Part shown: piece after piece, positions 50,142 to 59,349 of the stretch
Layout of the letters: the number at the start of each line of letters is the position of its first letter
How positions within the stretch are numbered: the stretch's first letter is position 1
Sequence record: NC_016163.1
DNA length: 64,000 nucleotides
Direction: 5' to 3' (one strand)
Made by a program: the position numbers and the translations under genes
Notes under the pieces: generated by a model
Databases searched by the model: none
What the model saw: the letters and a program-made list of their open reading frames with translations, nothing else
Told to the model about the DNA's origin: nothing

Positions 50142-51068
50142 ATGAAACTCATCAAAAAAGTAATGTGTGTTGTTGGTTTTTCTGCAGTAACTTTCTTGGC
50201 TAACGCCGATGATATCTCTACTGGCGTTAAATTTACTAAAGAAAACCCTGTCGGTACCGTAGAAGTTCAAGGCAAACGTTTTCCAGTGTATCAAAAATCA
50301 CTGGTTGTCAACGTAGGCAATCAAGATGGTACCAATTACGTCTACAATACTCAGTACCAAACTGAATGTCTTAATGAGATGAAAGTCTCTAAAGATCTGC
50401 TTGATAAAGCAATTAATGCACTTCCTCAAGACACTGAATATTCAGTGTTCCACTTTTACCGTCAATCCACGAACAGTAACAAAGTAGAGGAAGGCTGTAT
50501 GCTTTCAGTCAACCAATCCAATACAGTTAGTATTGTGGATGGTGAGTTTCATAAAGTTTTATTTACTGGTAAACCAGTCTACTTTGCTTCTGAAGGTGGT
50601 GCGACATTCGTAGCCAATGCAAATGTAACACAAAATACCCGTGAAGTAATGGAGAATGCAATCGGTAGTATGACTCCCCCTAAAGAGAAAAATGAACAGA
50701 CTGTATTTCACAGCACTCTTCCTTTAGAGAAAGCTACTACCATGAACATTGCTAAGCTTCAGATTATTTCAGCTAGTCCAGAACTTCTTGTAGCTAAAGG
50801 TATTTTACCTAATGTCAAAGATTTTGGGCCGTTGCGTACAATGATGGGTCTTGAAGATTGCGAAACAGTTTTAGCTTCTAAAACCACTGCTTATTTAGCT
50901 AAAAAAGCTAATGACGATGGCCCGATTTCTGAGACTTCTCTGTATATTGCCGAACAAGACGGAAAAACTATGGACTATGGTTGCTATGCAATGATTGATG
51001 GTAACAAAGGTGCATATTTCCTACCAAACGGTGCAACTGAAGGCTTCATGGTTCAGTTCGTAAAATAA
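50142..51068 (+). CDS. secreted/periplasmic protein
   Basis: MKLIKK-hydrophobic-ANA signal peptide; paired Cys. Confidence 0.75.
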   Translation: MKLIKKVMCVVGFSAVTFLANADDISTGVKFTKENPVGTVEVQGKRFPVYQKSLVVNVGNQDGTNYVYNTQYQTECLNEMKVSKDLLDKAINALPQDTEYSVFHFYRQSTNSNKVEEGCMLSVNQSNTVSIVDGEFHKVLFTGKPVYFASEGGATFVANANVTQNTREVMENAIGSMTPPKEKNEQTVFHSTLPLEKATTMNIAKLQIISASPELLVAKGILPNVKDFGPLRTMMGLEDCETVLASKTTAYLAKKANDDGPISETSLYIAEQDGKTMDYGCYAMIDGNKGAYFLPNGATEGFMVQFVK

Positions 51069-51072
51069 AAAC

Positions 51073-51123
51073 TTCCCTATACCTTCTTCGGAGGGTATAG
51101 GGAGTTTATTTTTTTTTTTTTTT
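51073..51123. terminator. bidirectional terminator, near-copy of 465-509
   Basis: TTCCCTATACCTTC-TTCG-GAGGGTATAGGGAG plus T run. Confidence 0.9.
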
Positions 51124-51842
51124 TAAGCTACATATATTTTTTTGGTAGGTGAATATTTAAGCTGTTCTTTACGTAAGCGCTCAATTAAATCATCACGTTT
51201 ATCAGGAATACTTGAAAGTTCATCCATATTAAGATTAATTTGCGCCACAGCAGTATTAAGCTGGGAGAAGTATTTTCTAAAGCCAAATACATCCATCATT
51301 ACATCATAGTAGGCAAGTTTTTTAACCATTTCTGAAGCACCAACTGGAAGGGTACTAAAGTCTTTCCTATGAGTAGTTTTTAACACTAAAGCTAGCTCGG
51401 TAAGAGAATAAGTAGAATATACTCTTAACTGATTAGGTGGTAAGAACTGCCAAGTTTCAGGGTTAAGAACTGCTGAATTAAGAGTTGATGCAAACTTAGA
51501 AGTAGTTATTGCACCAATGATAGTTTGATAATCAGCGCCAATCGGTGTAAGCATATATGCTGAAGAGTTCATACCTCTAACTGGAGGCATAACTAAAGTC
51601 ACGTCCAGAATATCAAATTCATCACTCTTAGCTTCAATCCAATATGTGTTCATATTCTGAGCCACTTTATCAGTACCCAAATTACATGAAGACATGCAGT
51701 AAAATGGCATATATGTACTAATGGTTGGCAAAGTTTCTTGTTGTAAACAAGCGATAATAGCTTCTTCGCTTAACTCTAGTTTTCGGTGTGTGAAACCTAC
51801 TCTAGCCTTGATATGGTTTACTAAAAGGTTTAAATTTAACAT
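51123..51842 (-). CDS. putative virion structural (neck-like) protein
   Basis: 239 aa with AACA-N6-TA motif upstream (51903-51914); neck assignment is weak. Confidence 0.55.
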   Translation of the reverse strand: MLNLNLLVNHIKARVGFTHRKLELSEEAIIACLQQETLPTISTYMPFYCMSSCNLGTDKVAQNMNTYWIEAKSDEFDILDVTLVMPPVRGMNSSAYMLTPIGADYQTIIGAITTSKFASTLNSAVLNPETWQFLPPNQLRVYSTYSLTELALVLKTTHRKDFSTLPVGASEMVKKLAYYDVMMDVFGFRKYFSQLNTAVAQINLNMDELSSIPDKRDDLIERLRKEQLKYSPTKKIYVA

Positions 51843-51992
51843 ACTTTTTTCCTAAAGTTAATATACCTTTTAAGTATATATTATTAGTTTGATAATATCT
51901 AATAATAGGTTGTTTAGTTTTTATCGTTTCTGTAAAAATTTTAAAATAGACAACCAATTATTAGTTTAACATATAGAATTTTAAGGTACTTC

Positions 51993-53237
51993 TTGATGAA
52001 AAGTAAGAAAGAGAAAAGACCTAATATCTTGGTTAGTATTTCAGATATTCATATTGAAGATGGGAATGCGTCAAGACTGGCCAATGAGCTTTTTAATCAT
52101 GAAAAAGGCTTTTTGTGCAAGGTAAAGGAAGTAATTGATCTTTGCAAAGAAGAAAAGATCAAGTTTATGGGAGTTACTATTACTGGTGACATGTTCCATA
52201 AAATTCTATCGAATAATGGGCCGGGAGCTAAATTAGCTTCTGACTTAGTAAATGCTTTAATCAATATCATTGTGTTGAGTGAAGATGCACACCTGATAAT
52301 CCTAAAAGGTACTCATGGACATGATTACTCTCAGCTCAATGTATTTAAGTCTTTGATGAAGAATTATCCAGGAAAAATATTTATTATTGATGAAGTATGT
52401 ACCCTGAATATTAATAACTATGATATTCTCTGTATTCCTGAGCAGTACATGACAAATCAGGATGAATTTTATGCAGAATATTTTAGTAAGAAATATGATA
52501 TAATTTTACATCACGGATTTTTTGATTTTAACTGTTTCTCTAAGAATGAGAAAGAAAAATCAATGCCTAATATGCCTATTTTTAAGAGTGAGCAATTTTT
52601 AAAGATGGCACGCCTTACTATATCTGGTCATGATCATGAACGTAAAAGCTATAAAGACCAGATTCATTATAATGGTTCTTTTTCAACCCATTGCTTTGCA
52701 GATCATCAAAAGAAAGGTTTCTTGACACATTATATAGATGCAGATGAAACTGTGACTGAATTTGTAGAGAATGAGTTAGCACCTATATTTAAAACCTTCC
52801 AGATTCATGAGATTATGAAGCGTGAATTTGAAGATGTCGATTTTGAATATGTAGTTAAACGAATTAAAACTGTCTATAAAAAATATGATTATCTCCGTAT
52901 AAAAATTCCTACTGAATTTATTTCTATGCATCCAGGAATGCTTGAAATGCTCAGAGAATACTTTGTACAAGAAGGTAAAAAACTGGTTCTGGAAGGATCA
53001 GGCGTCGTATTGAAAGATGGTGAATCTGTAATTGAATTCTCTGATGACGATGAAGGGATAGTAGAAGCTGATAATAGCGAATCTTCCTTTGTTGAAAAAT
53101 ATCAGTTCCTCTTAGATGAAGAAATTCCACTTACTGAAAAGATTATGGAATTTATCAAGAAAAAACACGGTAAAAAAATAGAGGACATTGATTTAGACGA
53201 TGAATTTATCAATTACTCAATTAATGTGGAAAAATAA
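51993..53237 (+). CDS. Mre11/SbcD-like metallophosphoesterase nuclease
   Basis: SDIH, TGDMFH, KGTHGHD, HHG, SGHDH, YNGS motifs. Confidence 0.88.
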   Translation: MMKSKKEKRPNILVSISDIHIEDGNASRLANELFNHEKGFLCKVKEVIDLCKEEKIKFMGVTITGDMFHKILSNNGPGAKLASDLVNALINIIVLSEDAHLIILKGTHGHDYSQLNVFKSLMKNYPGKIFIIDEVCTLNINNYDILCIPEQYMTNQDEFYAEYFSKKYDIILHHGFFDFNCFSKNEKEKSMPNMPIFKSEQFLKMARLTISGHDHERKSYKDQIHYNGSFSTHCFADHQKKGFLTHYIDADETVTEFVENELAPIFKTFQIHEIMKREFEDVDFEYVVKRIKTVYKKYDYLRIKIPTEFISMHPGMLEMLREYFVQEGKKLVLEGSGVVLKDGESVIEFSDDDEGIVEADNSESSFVEKYQFLLDEEIPLTEKIMEFIKKKHGKKIEDIDLDDEFINYSINVEK

Positions 53238-53243
53238 ATACTC

Positions 53244-53979
53244 ATGCAAGTAAGACGAAAATCCACCAAGAAACGAATTAAGCCAGATATTCCTCTGTCA
53301 GAAAGTATTTTCCGTAGGCTTTCTCTCTACATGCTTTCTGAGTATAAGAATAGATCGTTCTTGTCAAAACTTCTAGTATTTTACGAAAAAGTTAATACTA
53401 ACCTCTATTCGGAAGAAGCTGAGCTTTCAGATTATTTCCTGTTTACTTCTAGATTTGCTGAAATCTATGTGGAAGACGGGATTACTGATATTGAAGCAAT
53501 ATATGAACGTTTAACTGAGTCTCCTAAGAACGCTGATATCATTGAAGAGCTAATGGAGGCTCTTACAGATGAATTGGAAGAAGGTACATTTGATGGCGTA
53601 CAAGCTTCTAATGTAGAAAATGATATTATTGATCGTCTCAATTTTATCAATATAGCTAAGCATGTCAATCGTATTAAAAAGCATGTAAGTAGATTCGAAG
53701 CTGGTGATTATGAATCATATGCTGAAATAGTTGCCGAAATGGGAGTTGCATGTAAGAACTATTCTAGAGAAGTAGTTAGTCGTGCTACAACTTCGCTTAC
53801 CATACCAGACTTAGATACACAAAACCTGACACAATTCTCTAACTCTTTGGGCCGTGTTCGTGATTTTATGAATGACCCCAAGCGTGTTGTTAAAACTGGC
53901 ATTAAACGTCTAAATAAGATGATAAATGGTGGTTTCCAACCAGGTCGTGTATATTACTTCTGCGCAATATCAGGTGGCT
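53244..53979 (+). CDS. dnaB: DnaB-like replicative helicase, exon 1
   Basis: KTGIKRLNKMINGGFQPGRVYYFCAISGG. Confidence 0.88.
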
Positions 53980-55069
53980 TAACTTTCGGGTCACTTTAAA
54001 GTCTATTAATTGCTGGGACGCCCTTAGAGCCATATAAACTACAACGTAATCAGTGATGATAAGCGTGAATGTTTGAAAATTATATGGATTGGGTAATCAG
54101 CAGCAAGGTGTCAAGTATATCTCTCCACAAAAGGAGAAATATATGGGAAAAAAGAAATTATCTCAAGCAGAGTTTTGTGAAAGAATAAACAAAACTCATA
54201 AACATCCCTATAAAGTTTTAGAAGACTATAAGACTATTGATACGCCTTTGCGAATTCAATGTCTTAGATGTACTAATATTTTTAAAGTTAAACCAAAAGA
54301 CTTTATAGGATCAAAAAATAAGAAAGGTACAGATTGCCCTAAGTGTTCACATCCTTCAAAGAGAAAAGATGTTAATGATCTTACTCAGATATTAGAGGAT
54401 AATGGATACGAAATGCTTTCTAAATATGAAAATACACATTCAAAGGTTTTATTTAAACATTTAAAATGTGGTAATGAATTCTTAATGAGACCAAATAACT
54501 TCTTTATAAAAGGTAATCGTTGCCCTAAATGTACGATTTCCAAAGGTGAAGAAATTATAGAAGCTTGGTTGAAAGATAATTCATTTTCATATACCAGTCA
54601 ATATCATCCAGGAAAAAATAAAATTGGAAGTAATTTTCTAAGTTTTGATTTTTCTATTGAAATTGACGATGAATTAATATTATTGGAATATGATGGTAGA
54701 TTTCATTTCGAACCTAAATCTTCTAAAGCTGATCATATCAAAAAATTTAATGACCAGCAAAATGCGGATTATAGAAAGAATGAATACGCCGTTAATAATA
54801 AAATTCCGCTAATAAGAATTCCTTATTTTGATTTAAAACGCATAGAGATAATACTTGATACCGTGTTCAACGACTATCTCCATTCAAGTAATACATGCAA
54901 TAAATGTATTATGGAGAGTACATCACAAACTATTGGTGGTGGAAACATAGACATCTCAAAGTATATAGTAAACTTTTGGGATAAGATATAGTCTGATCTT
55001 GTATGAAAGTACAAGCTGCCCTAGCTACTAGGGCGGGTAGAGCGTAGTGAACTCTACTGAACATAAATG
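53980..55069 (+). mobile_element. group I intron in dnaB-like helicase (1090 nt)
   Basis: P1 pairing GGTGGCT/GGTCACT with U-G wobble; P AATTGCTGGGA, Q AATCAGCAGC, R GTTCAACGACTA, S AAGATATAGTC; 3' end AAATG as in the gyrB intron. Confidence 0.9.
54143..54991 (+). CDS. intron-encoded homing endonuclease (Cys-rich repeats plus DUF559/Vsr-like nuclease); paralog of 36881..37627
   Basis: CLRC/CPKC/HLKCG/RCPKC; FDFSI..LEYDGRFH..LIRIPY; AAGGAG RBS before ATG 54143. Confidence 0.85.
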   Translation: MGKKKLSQAEFCERINKTHKHPYKVLEDYKTIDTPLRIQCLRCTNIFKVKPKDFIGSKNKKGTDCPKCSHPSKRKDVNDLTQILEDNGYEMLSKYENTHSKVLFKHLKCGNEFLMRPNNFFIKGNRCPKCTISKGEEIIEAWLKDNSFSYTSQYHPGKNKIGSNFLSFDFSIEIDDELILLEYDGRFHFEPKSSKADHIKKFNDQQNADYRKNEYAVNNKIPLIRIPYFDLKRIEIILDTVFNDYLHSSNTCNKCIMESTSQTIGGGNIDISKYIVNFWDKI

Positions 55070-56130
55070 GGAAAAGTGGTCTATTACTTAATACAGCTTT
55101 ATGGGCTATGAAGTATAATCCTAATATTAGATGTTTTGATTCTACTAAGCAGCCATGTGTAGTTTATATCTCACAAGAAAACGACAACCAAGAAACTATG
55201 GAACGAATGATTTCATATGTGGATGGTGTTGGTGAAGATGGTAAAGCTGAAGATACGGATAGTCTGTTAGAACGTTTTCGTAATGAAACTATTATTGATG
55301 GAAGATGGATTCTCAAAATCATTTATAAACCTATCAACAGTATTACTACTGGTGATTTGGAAGGTATTATCAATGAAGTAGAATTAGAGCTTAACTGTGA
55401 AGTTAAAATGCTTGTTCACGACTATATTAAACGTATTAAGCCTTCTAATGCTTTAGGTGATATTCGTTTAGATATTGGCGAAGCAACTAACGAATTAAGT
55501 GCTCTTGCAAAACAACGCAAGATTCCAATCGTAGATGCCAACCAGCTTAACCGTGAAGCATATAGAACTCTATCAGGAAATGATGGTAAGCAGAAAAAGA
55601 ATCAAGAACAAGAAGGACGTGGTGGAAAGAAAACCGATTTAGGTAGAAATCTCGACCAGTCTATGATTTCTGAATCAAATATGCTTATTGAAAACGCTGA
55701 TGTTGTAGTTGCAGTTAACCGTGAATATGACTACCAAGGTGTAAATGCTTTTCTTACTTTTAAAGACTTGAAAAACCGTAGTGCTAAAGGTAATAATAGT
55801 CCTATGAATACATACTTTGCTCATCCATTTGATGGATTAAACAGTATGCGTTTAGTAGAAGACTTAGATCTACCAGAATCAGCTTCTTTCAATAATGTAA
55901 TCGATGCATTTGGCGGAGATTCAGATTATGAAGAGGATGATGAGTACGATTCAGGCGGTTCTACTCAAGGGATAGATGAAGAAGAGCGTAGTAGTACCAA
56001 ACGTAATAATGGGAATGTTTCTAAAAAACGTGGGGACAATTTCAAGAATAAATTTGTAAAAACAAAGCAAGATTTTAATAAGAAAGGTAGTCGTAAATCA
56101 TTCGTTGAAGAGATTGACGAAGACGACTAA
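55070..56130 (+). CDS. dnaB: DnaB-like replicative helicase, exon 2 (spliced product 598 aa)
   Basis: KSGLLLN, YISQEN, VHDYIKR, LAK---IPIV-ANQLNR, ISES--IENAD. Confidence 0.9.
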
Positions 56131-56190
56131 GATAAATACTCCATATCCTCTACAAAGGGGATATGGGGTTTATTTTTATTGTGAGGTTTT

Positions 56191-56436
56191 ATGTTTATCT
56201 TCATAACCCATAAACAAAGTACTACAGCCATAAACGATAAAATTTTTAAGGATATAGATAATCGTCCTATGCATTTAGTTAGCTGGTTCAGGCAAGAAAT
56301 TGTAAATAAATATGAATATATAGCTAAACCAACATATAAAGAATTTCCAATAGATTTATTTAGTGGGAGTAAAAGCCATATGATTATGAAAAGATTTGTC
56401 AGCTTAACTGAAGTTGTATCTAATTTTACATTGTAG
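56191..56436 (+). CDS. small hypothetical (array gene 1)
   Basis: GAGG RBS. Confidence 0.7.
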   Translation: MFIFITHKQSTTAINDKIFKDIDNRPMHLVSWFRQEIVNKYEYIAKPTYKEFPIDLFSGSKSHMIMKRFVSLTEVVSNFTL

Positions 56437-56464
56437 ATATATTATATAATTAGAGGGGTATTTC

Positions 56465-56719
56465 ATGCATATACATAGAATAGATGAATTAAATAAGTAT
56501 GAAAGAAATAATCTAATAAGAAATATCTTCATGCATATTCATGGGTTGATGTTGTATGAAGCACAAAAGATAAGGGAAGCTAGTTTTGCCCATATCGTTA
56601 TAATTACTTTAGAAGAAAATCATAGAACTATTTCAATTAAGGTAAAAGAAAGAAAAGGAATTTACACCGAACGTCATAGAGTATTTATAATCCGGAGAAC
56701 TTATCCAAATGTTTCATAG
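56465..56719 (+). CDS. small hypothetical (array gene 2)
   Basis: GAGGGG RBS, early-like motif at 56436. Confidence 0.7.
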   Translation: MHIHRIDELNKYERNNLIRNIFMHIHGLMLYEAQKIREASFAHIVIITLEENHRTISIKVKERKGIYTERHRVFIIRRTYPNVS

Positions 56720-56993
56720 AAATTTTGGTTTAAAGAAAACTTTTGATGTAGCTACTTTAGAAACTCAAAAAGCTTTAATGAAGGCTATTAAAAATTTAGC
56801 ATTCGAATATAAACCGACCTATACTTTAGAATCACTACTCAATGATACTTTTTTAATAGATAGGTCTAATAAGAATGAGCCATTTAACTCTGTAATGGTT
56901 TATGCTTTAGGAGGGTGGCCATTAAGTCATTATGAAGAATTTACTAAAAAGTTTGGCTTTAAAGATGGTGTCATTAAGGTATTTATTCGATGA
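56709..56993 (+). CDS. small hypothetical (array gene 3)
   Basis: Overlapping operon ORF. Confidence 0.7.
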   Translation: MFHRNFGLKKTFDVATLETQKALMKAIKNLAFEYKPTYTLESLLNDTFLIDRSNKNEPFNSVMVYALGGWPLSHYEEFTKKFGFKDGVIKVFIR

Positions 56994-57253
56994 AAATAGT
57001 AAAAGAGTTAATACATAATGTATCACAAAAAATAACTTTATTTACAAATATATCGGAAAATGATATATTGTATCATAGAAAACAGAGACTTTATCGTGAA
57101 ACTATATTCAGACAAACTAGATATGATGTCTTGGATACATTACCTGATTACTATGTAGAATTTAAAGAACTTGGTACACGAATTGAAACTATTCCAATTT
57201 GTATAGGATATACTAATGAAATCAATTACCTTAGAGCTTATATCTATTCATAA
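56990..57253 (+). CDS. small hypothetical (array gene 4)
   Basis: ATGA coupling. Confidence 0.7.
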   Translation: MKIVKELIHNVSQKITLFTNISENDILYHRKQRLYRETIFRQTRYDVLDTLPDYYVEFKELGTRIETIPICIGYTNEINYLRAYIYS

Positions 57254-57257
57254 ATTA

Positions 57258-57497
57258 ATGGAACAAGGAGGCCCATGTCCTTTTTCCATGCCGGAAACCT
57301 ACTTAAATGATAAAGAAAAGTTTGATAATCAGGTATATCAAGTATATGACTATTTAAATATGACTCGTTTATCTTCAGATGCTTCATTAATTGATCGTTC
57401 CAATAATAGATTTTCCGGAGAATTACGTTTTAGAAAGTTTAATGAACATGATGCTCTATCTATTCTATTCAATTTCAAATTAGTAATACATATATGA
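57258..57497 (+). CDS. small hypothetical (array gene 5)
   Basis: In-frame ATG just after previous stop. Confidence 0.65.
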   Translation: MEQGGPCPFSMPETYLNDKEKFDNQVYQVYDYLNMTRLSSDASLIDRSNNRFSGELRFRKFNEHDALSILFNFKLVIHI

Positions 57498-57817
57498 AAA
57501 AGATTAAATACGAAACTAATAATAGATCATTCTTTTTAGGAATGCGTCTATATACTTATGAACTTATTATCAATGATTTTAGAAATATTGAAAAGCGTAC
57601 TATATTGAATAGCTTTGTAGATTCAAATAATAGTATTGATCGGAAAATTATGTTAGAAGTACTTAGTTTTGAAGGAGAACGTTATAGTCGTCCAACTATC
57701 TATCCTAACTCTTCTTATTATACAATAGATTTAATTACATCTGGTATAGATTTAATGACTGACCATAAGGAAGAATTCTTTCCTACTGTAATCATTAGTG
57801 ATGGATGGGATGAGTAA
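57494..57817 (+). CDS. small hypothetical (array gene 6)
   Basis: ATGA coupling. Confidence 0.7.
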   Translation: MKKIKYETNNRSFFLGMRLYTYELIINDFRNIEKRTILNSFVDSNNSIDRKIMLEVLSFEGERYSRPTIYPNSSYYTIDLITSGIDLMTDHKEEFFPTVIISDGWDE

Positions 57818-58089
57818 TGTTTATAAACAAAACTGGAAGGGATGGTTTATCTGACTTTATTTATGTAAGAGACCCGGATGCCCAATTTGAGGCCATAGAT
57901 AATTATATCAGAATTTTCTTTGATGATACATATTTTATATGGATTACTAGATATTTTCATGAATTAATTAAATATACGGATATAAATAAATCATTATATA
58001 TGAATGATTTGAATGCACCGAGACCAGTTGACCCGAATGACGATTTCAATTTCATATTCTCAGGTATAGTGGAGTTTGATTATAAATGA
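57817..58089 (+). CDS. small hypothetical (array gene 7)
   Basis: TAATG coupling. Confidence 0.7.
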   Translation: MFINKTGRDGLSDFIYVRDPDAQFEAIDNYIRIFFDDTYFIWITRYFHELIKYTDINKSLYMNDLNAPRPVDPNDDFNFIFSGIVEFDYK

Positions 58090-58367
58090 AGATATTTACT
58101 TCAAAACAAATAGTCTGGCCTGGAGAGGGTGAAGATAAAATAGAGCAATATCTAGCTTTAGCTAAAATTATTATGCGTCGTAATGCTATTTCTCAGGCTA
58201 ATAAGTCTTTAGTTTTGTCTAAAAGGAGTTATTCAGTTACACATTGTCTAGAAATAATTAAAGTTGACTTTAATGAATTGATTGTTAATCAGGACATCTT
58301 TACACTTGACATAAATGACAAAGATATACGTAGTCGTATTTCACGTAAGATAATAATAGGAAATTAA
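58086..58367 (+). CDS. small hypothetical (array gene 8)
   Basis: ATGA coupling. Confidence 0.7.
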   Translation: MKIFTSKQIVWPGEGEDKIEQYLALAKIIMRRNAISQANKSLVLSKRSYSVTHCLEIIKVDFNELIVNQDIFTLDINDKDIRSRISRKIIIGN

Positions 58368-58369
58368 AA

Positions 58370-58636
58370 ATGATAACTGTTCCAGCAGCAATAGAAACTT
58401 TAGTAGATAAATCATTAAAAGAAATAATAGTTCGTATAGCGGCAGATAAAGCCAGAGCCTACTCTATTTCTGAAGTACATTACGATTTGATAGATATCCT
58501 AAAAGAAGTAACCAATTCAGATATTACTAAGATCGTTGATATATGGAATGTAGATGACCATTACCATGCTAGAGCAATTTCTGAAGATTATGTAGGAGTT
58601 TCACTTAATCTAACTTTAGGAGAAGTAGATTATTAA
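58370..58636 (+). CDS. small hypothetical (array gene 9)
   Basis: 2-nt gap, AGGA RBS. Confidence 0.7.
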   Translation: MITVPAAIETLVDKSLKEIIVRIAADKARAYSISEVHYDLIDILKEVTNSDITKIVDIWNVDDHYHARAISEDYVGVSLNLTLGEVDY

Positions 58637-58638
58637 CT

Positions 58639-58950
58639 ATGTTTATCAGACAAAGAAGTTACATTCTTGAAAGTTCTATATCTTTCCATAGAGTTTGTAT
58701 TGTAAAAAGTTTTAGTGCATCATTGGTAAGGGAAAATAATCTCTCAACAACCTTAGAGGATAATCTAAAAGATTTATTCATTCGTGATATGGGAGTAAAG
58801 AATGGATTTAAAAGAGATGAATCTCATTTCCTTAGTTTTGGTATTTACAAGCCACAAGCTATATACTTAAGGTATTCTGAAAATGAAAACAGTAAAATTC
58901 AATATAGAAAATCCATGTCCTCGACGACCAAGCCCATTCAACAAATCTAA
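58639..58950 (+). CDS. small hypothetical (array gene 10)
   Basis: 2-nt gap, GGAG RBS. Confidence 0.7.
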   Translation: MFIRQRSYILESSISFHRVCIVKSFSASLVRENNLSTTLEDNLKDLFIRDMGVKNGFKRDESHFLSFGIYKPQAIYLRYSENENSKIQYRKSMSSTTKPIQQI

Positions 58951-59074
58951 TTTGAATATGTTTATTGGAGTAATGCTTACGACATCATTTTTAGAAGTTC
59001 AAATAAGAAGTTACGATCCAATTATGGACTCAGAGTATAGAGAACCTATCTGGATAAACTTCAAAGGGGATTAG
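58883..59074 (+). CDS. small hypothetical (array gene 11)
   Basis: Overlaps gene 10 by 68 nt. Confidence 0.55.
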   Translation: MKTVKFNIENPCPRRPSPFNKSNLNMFIGVMLTTSFLEVQIRSYDPIMDSEYREPIWINFKGD

Positions 59075-59076
59075 TA

Positions 59077-59349
59077 ATGAAGATAAGACAAATAGATTAC
59101 TCTAAGATGGAGGATATACGTTCTAATAGAATTAAAAAGCTTCATACACCTTATGAATTCTCAAAATTCTTTAATACTTATAGAATGGCATGTGCTTTGA
59201 AATCTAGCTCTATAAGAACTAAACCTAATTATCTATCTCCTTTATTTGAGAATAATTTCTTCTTTCAATCCCCTAAACCCACCTTTGATAGTCTATTAGA
59301 AGTAGGAGATCATAATGGTACTCGTTTCTTTTTAACTTTAAAGGAATAA
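59077..59349 (+). CDS. small hypothetical (array gene 12)
   Basis: 2-nt gap, GGGG RBS. Confidence 0.7.
   Translation: MKIRQIDYSKMEDIRSNRIKKLHTPYEFSKFFNTYRMACALKSSSIRTKPNYLSPLFENNFFFQSPKPTFDSLLEVGDHNGTRFFLTLKE

Noticed and set aside
35218-56130. gyrB, gyrA and dnaB read as frameshifted pseudogenes, split genes or intein-containing genes
   Set aside because: In-frame stops right after each exon 1, U/terminal-G junctions and P/Q/R/S cores show group I introns; inteins would be in-frame with Cys/Ser and His-Asn ends
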